Source of the DNA: an uncultured Spirochaetota bacterium
Lineage (GTDB): Bacteria > Spirochaetota > Spirochaetia > SZUA-6 > Fen-1364
DNA length: 64,000 nucleotides
Assembly: GCA_963820525.1 (NCBI GenBank)
Contig: CAWGAA010000001.1
Location: 864,001-928,000 of the forward strand
Direction: 5' to 3'
Position numbers and translations under genes: made by a program. The notes under the pieces are model-generated. The model did no database searches and was not told the DNA's origin. It saw nothing but the letters and a program-made list of their open reading frames with translations. Below, piece after piece: positions 59,668 to 64,000 of this stretch. The first letter of the stretch is position 1, and every line of letters starts with the position of its first letter.

Positions 59668-61398
59668 ATGATCAAGCTCTTCAGATACCTGAAACCCTAC
59701 ACGATACCGGTGGCAGCCGTCGTCGTTGTGGTCTTCTTCCAGTGCATGGCGGATCTGTACCTGCCAACCCTGATGTCCGACATCGTCAACAAGGGCATCA
59801 CCAACGGCGACATCGGCTACATCATGCAGACCGGCGGGCTCATGCTCCTGGTGGCATTGGGCGGCTCCGCCTGCGCGATCGTGGCCAGCTACCTGTCGTC
59901 CCACGCTTCGATGGGCTTCGGGGAGATCCTGCGCAGCAGGGTCTTCACACACGTTGCGAGCTTCTCGCTCCACGAGTTCGACAAATTGGGCACCCCATCG
60001 CTCGTGACGAGGAACACCAATGACGTGACCCAGATCCAGATGGTGACGCTTTTCATGATGAGGATGATGATCAGCGCCCCGATCATGGCGGTGGGCGGCA
60101 TCATCATGGCCGTCTCCAAGGATCCGGGGCTGTCATGGGTCATCGTCGTGGTCATCCCAATCCTGGCGGCCACCATCATTTCGCTGGCCGTGAAGGGCTT
60201 CCCCCTGTTCCGGGCCATCCAGAAGAAGATCGATCAGATAAACCTCGTGCTTCGCGAGGGGCTTACCGGCATCAGGGTGATCCGCGCCTTCAACAGGATC
60301 GACGACGAGAAGAGGCGCTTCCACGCTGCGAATTTCGATCTCATGCAGATCTCCGTCCAGGTCAACAGGATGTTCGCCATCATGATGCCCGTCATGATGC
60401 TGGTGATGAACTTCACCACCATCGCAATCATCTGGTTCGGCAGCATCCGCGTGGATCGGGGGGTCTCCAACATCGGAAACATGATGGCTTTCCTTCAGTA
60501 TGCCATGCAGATCCTGTTTTCCCTTCTCATGGCCTCCCTGATGTTCATCATGCTGCCCCGCGCCCAGGCGTCCGCGGACAGGATCAACGAGGTTTTGGCC
60601 ACCATCCCCGAGATCAAGGAGCCGAAACGGGCGCGAACGGCGGACAGCGCCACGAAAGGATACGTGGAGTTTCGAAACGTCACCTTCCGGTACCACGGCG
60701 CCGAGGAGCCGGCCATCAGCGGCATTTCCTTCTCGGCACGCCCGGGAGAGGTGACGGCAATCATCGGAAGCACCGGCTCGGGAAAGTCAACGCTCATCAA
60801 TCTCATCCCCCGTTTCTATGACGTCGACAGCGGGAGCATCCTGATAGACGGGGTGGATACGCGCGAGTATTTGCTGAAATCCTTGAGGGCCAAAATCGGC
60901 CTGGTTCCCCAGAAGGCGATCCTGTTCTCCGGTACCATTGCCGACAACATCCGCTACGGAAAGACGGACGCCACGGACGATGAGGTGAGGCGGGCCGCCG
61001 AAACGGCGCAGGCCACCGAGTTCATCAGTGCGATGAAGGACGAATTCGATTCGATCATAGCCCAGGGCGGCACCAACGTCTCCGGCGGGCAGAAGCAGCG
61101 GCTCTCCATTGCGCGGGCCCTGGTGAAAAAGCCGGAGATATTTCTCTTCGACGACAGCTTCTCCGCGCTCGATTTCAAGACCGACGCGCGGCTTCGCTCT
61201 GCGCTGAAAAAAGAGACCTCCGATGCGACCGTGCTGATCGTGGGACAGCGGGTGGCTACGATCATGGACGCCGACAGGATCATCGTCCTGGACGAGGGGC
61301 GGATCGCAGGGATGGGCAGGCACCGGGACCTGTACACGTCGTGCGAGGTCTATCGGGAAATCGTCGCTTCCCAGCTCTCCGAAGAGGAGATAGCATGA
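59668..61398 (+). CDS. Heterodimeric ABC exporter subunit with degenerate site (TM287-like)
   Basis: TMD plus NBD; GSTGSGKS, SGGQKQR, Walker B LFDD and switch VGQR. Confidence 0.92.
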   Translation: MIKLFRYLKPYTIPVAAVVVVVFFQCMADLYLPTLMSDIVNKGITNGDIGYIMQTGGLMLLVALGGSACAIVASYLSSHASMGFGEILRSRVFTHVASFSLHEFDKLGTPSLVTRNTNDVTQIQMVTLFMMRMMISAPIMAVGGIIMAVSKDPGLSWVIVVVIPILAATIISLAVKGFPLFRAIQKKIDQINLVLREGLTGIRVIRAFNRIDDEKRRFHAANFDLMQISVQVNRMFAIMMPVMMLVMNFTTIAIIWFGSIRVDRGVSNIGNMMAFLQYAMQILFSLLMASLMFIMLPRAQASADRINEVLATIPEIKEPKRARTADSATKGYVEFRNVTFRYHGAEEPAISGISFSARPGEVTAIIGSTGSGKSTLINLIPRFYDVDSGSILIDGVDTREYLLKSLRAKIGLVPQKAILFSGTIADNIRYGKTDATDDEVRRAAETAQATEFISAMKDEFDSIIAQGGTNVSGGQKQRLSIARALVKKPEIFLFDDSFSALDFKTDARLRSALKKETSDATVLIVGQRVATIMDADRIIVLDEGRIAGMGRHRDLYTSCEVYREIVASQLSEEEIA

Positions 61399-63320
61399 GC
61401 GACGCGAGCAGAGAGCGCAGGCCGGGAGGAGCCCCGGGGATCTTCGGCGGCGGCAGGGGACCGCGGCCCGGCGGCGGTTTCATCGGGGGGATGGGAAGAG
61501 GCCCCGCAGAAAAGCCAAAGGACTTCGCGGGCACCTTCAGGAGGCTGGCCCTCTGCTTCCTGCCCCAACGGGTCAAGCTCTCCATCGTCGTCATGTTCGC
61601 AGTCTTGAGCACCGTCTTCACGATTGTCGGCCCCAAGCTCATGGGCCGCGTGACGACGCGGCTGTTCGATGGGCTCATAGCCAAGTACATGGCCGCCTTC
61701 CTCCACAAGCCCATGCCTTCCATTGACTTTCCCTTTATTGGACAGACCATCCTGCTCCTGATCGGGCTGTATCTGGCAAGCGCCCTGTTCAGCTACATCC
61801 AGCAGTATCAGATGGCGGGCATCTCGCAGAAAATCGTCTTCGACATGAGACGCGACGTCAATGACAAGCTCGCGCGCCTGCCCTTGAAGTTTTTCGATTC
61901 GCGGACTCATGGTGAGATCATGAGCCGCGTCACCAACGACATCGACAACATCAGCTCCACCCTCCAGCAGAGCCTCACCCAGCTCATCACCTCCGTCTGC
62001 ACCATCGTGGGGGTTCTGGTCATGATGCTGACCATCAGCCCCTGGCTTACCCTCATCACGATCGTCACTCTTCCCGTCTCGATTCTCGCCACCGCCAACA
62101 TCACCAAGTTTTCCCAGAAGAGCTTCGCCGCCCAGCAGAAGGAGCTCGGGACGCTCAACGGCCACGTGGAGGAGATGTTCACCGGCCTGAAGATCGTGAA
62201 GGCTTTCGGGCAGGAAGAGGAGTCGATCCGGGAGTTCGAGAGGATCAACTCAAGGCTCTACCAGGCAGGGTGGAAGGCGCAGTTTGTTTCCGGGATCATC
62301 ATGCCCATCATGTTTTTCATAAACAACATCGGCTACGTGCTGATCTGCGTGGTGGGCGGCATCATGGCGGCCAAGAAGGCTCTCAAGCTCGGCGACATCC
62401 AGGCTTTCATCCAGTACTCGCGGCAGTTCACGCAGCCCATCGCGCAGACCGCCAACATCGCCAACGTCCTGCAGTCCACCCTCGCCTCCGCCGAGCGCGT
62501 TTTCGAGATCCTGGACGAGCCGGAGGAGGCTCCGGACAGGGAGGACTGTGCCCTCATCGAGGCTCCGAAGGGAGAGGTCAGGTTCCAGAACGTCAGGTTC
62601 GGCTACAAGGAAGGCGTCACCCTGATGGAAGACATGAACATCGACGTCAGGGAGGGCCAGACCGTCGCCATCGTGGGGCCCACGGGCGCCGGAAAGACGA
62701 CCCTGGTGAACCTGCTGATGCGATTCTACGAGATCAGCGGCGGGAGCATCCTGGTGGACGGGGTGGATATCAGGGATTTGAAGAGAGGGGACCTGCGCAC
62801 CATGTTCGGCATGGTGCTCCAGGATACCTGGCTCTTCAACGGCACGATACGGGAGAATATCGCCTATGGCCGCGAGGGAGCCACGGAGGATGAAATCATC
62901 AGGGCCGCCAAGGCGGCGCACACGGACCATTTCATCAGGGCCCTGCCGGACGGATACGACACGGTCCTGAACGAGGAAGCCTCCAATATCTCCCAGGGCG
63001 AAAAGCAGCTTTTGACGATCGCCCGCGCCATCCTCTCCGACCCGGCCATCCTGATTCTGGACGAGGCGACAAGCTCCGTTGATACCAGGACCGAAGTCTC
63101 TATCCAGAAAGCCATGAAGGAGCTCATGAAGGGGCGGACCAGTTTCGTCATCGCGCATAGGCTTTCCACCATACGCGACGCGGAGTCGATCCTGGTCATG
63201 AACAACGGAACAATTATCGAAATGGGCAATCACAAAGAGCTGCTTGCCAGGGGGGGCTTCTATGCCGACCTCTACAACAGCCAATTCACCGGCGCATACG
63301 TGGATGAACAAGGGGTTTAG
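61395..63320 (+). CDS. Heterodimeric ABC exporter subunit (TM288-like)
   Basis: GPTGAGKT, SQGEKQL, ILDEATS and IAHRLST; start overlaps the upstream stop (ATGA). Confidence 0.92.
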   Translation: MSDASRERRPGGAPGIFGGGRGPRPGGGFIGGMGRGPAEKPKDFAGTFRRLALCFLPQRVKLSIVVMFAVLSTVFTIVGPKLMGRVTTRLFDGLIAKYMAAFLHKPMPSIDFPFIGQTILLLIGLYLASALFSYIQQYQMAGISQKIVFDMRRDVNDKLARLPLKFFDSRTHGEIMSRVTNDIDNISSTLQQSLTQLITSVCTIVGVLVMMLTISPWLTLITIVTLPVSILATANITKFSQKSFAAQQKELGTLNGHVEEMFTGLKIVKAFGQEEESIREFERINSRLYQAGWKAQFVSGIIMPIMFFINNIGYVLICVVGGIMAAKKALKLGDIQAFIQYSRQFTQPIAQTANIANVLQSTLASAERVFEILDEPEEAPDREDCALIEAPKGEVRFQNVRFGYKEGVTLMEDMNIDVREGQTVAIVGPTGAGKTTLVNLLMRFYEISGGSILVDGVDIRDLKRGDLRTMFGMVLQDTWLFNGTIRENIAYGREGATEDEIIRAAKAAHTDHFIRALPDGYDTVLNEEASNISQGEKQLLTIARAILSDPAILILDEATSSVDTRTEVSIQKAMKELMKGRTSFVIAHRLSTIRDAESILVMNNGTIIEMGNHKELLARGGFYADLYNSQFTGAYVDEQGV

Positions 63321-63322
63321 CA

Positions 63323-64000
63323 ATGAGTCAACCTGCTATGGAAGAAAAAAACCGGGACGCGGCCCCCGGATCTCGGGGCGGCGGCGCGAAAGACGACAAT
63401 CATGGGGCGGCCGCAAAAGAAGCGACCTCCACGAAGAAAAAGGCCCGAAAAGGCCCCGCTCTGATCGGCGCGATCATCCTCATCGTGCTTATCGCCGCGG
63501 GGTTGGTTGTCGGGACGCTGTGGCTGATCGACACCGTCACCTTTGTAAGCACCGACGACGCATCGATCGACGGAAACCATGTCAATGTCAGCGCCAAGAT
63601 GCTGGGCCGGATCCACGGCATTACGGCGGTCGAGGGAGCCAAGGTCCAGGCAGGACAGGTCCTGGTCACGCTGGAGGACGGCGATCTGCGCGCCCAGGAA
63701 ACTCAGGCCTCCGCGGCGCTGAACTACGCGAAGCAGAACGCGGTGCTGGCCAAGATCAACCTGGACAAGACGCAGGACGACTACCAGCGCGTTCATTACC
63801 TGTTCAATACAGGCTCCACCACCAAGGAACAGTACGACCACGCGGGCAAGGCCCTGGAATCTGCAAATGCGCAATACACCATTGCCCAGGCCCAGGTGGA
63901 AACCGCGAACGCCCAGCTCGGCGTCATCGAAACCCAGCTCCTGAACACCAGGATTTCCGCCCCGATTTCCGGTGTGGTCGCCAAGAAGTTCTTCATGCAG
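63323..64000 (+). CDS. HlyD/EmrA-family periplasmic adaptor (3'-truncated by window edge)
   Basis: Not in the ORF track. Manual translation gives a TM helix, then STDDASIDG, VSAKMLGRI, EGAKVQAGQVLVTL and ISAPISGVV. Confidence 0.88.
   Translation, partial: MSQPAMEEKNRDAAPGSRGGGAKDDNHGAAAKEATSTKKKARKGPALIGAIILIVLIAAGLVVGTLWLIDTVTFVSTDDASIDGNHVNVSAKMLGRIHGITAVEGAKVQAGQVLVTLEDGDLRAQETQASAALNYAKQNAVLAKINLDKTQDDYQRVHYLFNTGSTTKEQYDHAGKALESANAQYTIAQAQVETANAQLGVIETQLLNTRISAPISGVVAKKFFMQ

Noticed and set aside
1..64000. CRISPR arrays, tRNA/rRNA, integrase, prophage or reverse transcriptase genes
   Set aside because: None was recognised on either strand by manual reading. A covariance-model scan (tRNAscan, Rfam) would be needed to exclude small RNAs.

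Overview
This 64-kb bacterial window is probably from a Spirochaetia-like organism (inferred from the gene families, not proven). It has four parts. (1) 1-17.6 kb, GC-rich: the 3' part of an IS1182-type element abutting the lon stop codon, lon, an MFS transporter, a class III adenylate cyclase flanked by lipoprotein/envelope genes, a PAS hybrid histidine kinase, and three toxin-antitoxin-like modules (an uncharacterised nucleotidyltransferase plus small protein pair; an MNT whose HEPN partner has an internal deletion; a DUF6364-like/PIN pair). (2) About 17.7-57.3 kb, minus strand, largely AT-richer: a ~40-kb Wzx/Wzy-type surface polysaccharide locus. It has two frameshifted SLBB export genes, two wzz copies (one decayed), the UDP-L-FucNAc pathway fnlABC, five initiating phosphoglycosyl transferases, three DegT-like and two GNAT proteins, and a large secreted glycoside-hydrolase-like protein. 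(3) Inside that locus, a triple-nested IS stack resolvable to the base: IS1380 (32499-38317, TSD TTAA) contains IS1634 (32578-36654, TSD CCAGA), which contains a 2148-bp IS5/ISNCY-like element (32948-35095, TSD TAGATA). The inner element carries a divergent DUF6788-like gene, a quasi-palindromic bidirectional control region and a possible small membrane peptide. (4) 57.8-64 kb: a MarR, TolC, heterodimeric ABC and EmrA-like efflux operon. The best candidates for undescribed biology are the inner IS regulatory module, the NTase/small-protein pair, the phosphoglycosyl transferase with an Asp-to-Asn nucleophile change, and the hydrolase inside the polysaccharide locus. No tRNA, rRNA or CRISPR array was seen. 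Family names come from recalled motifs; no database search was run.
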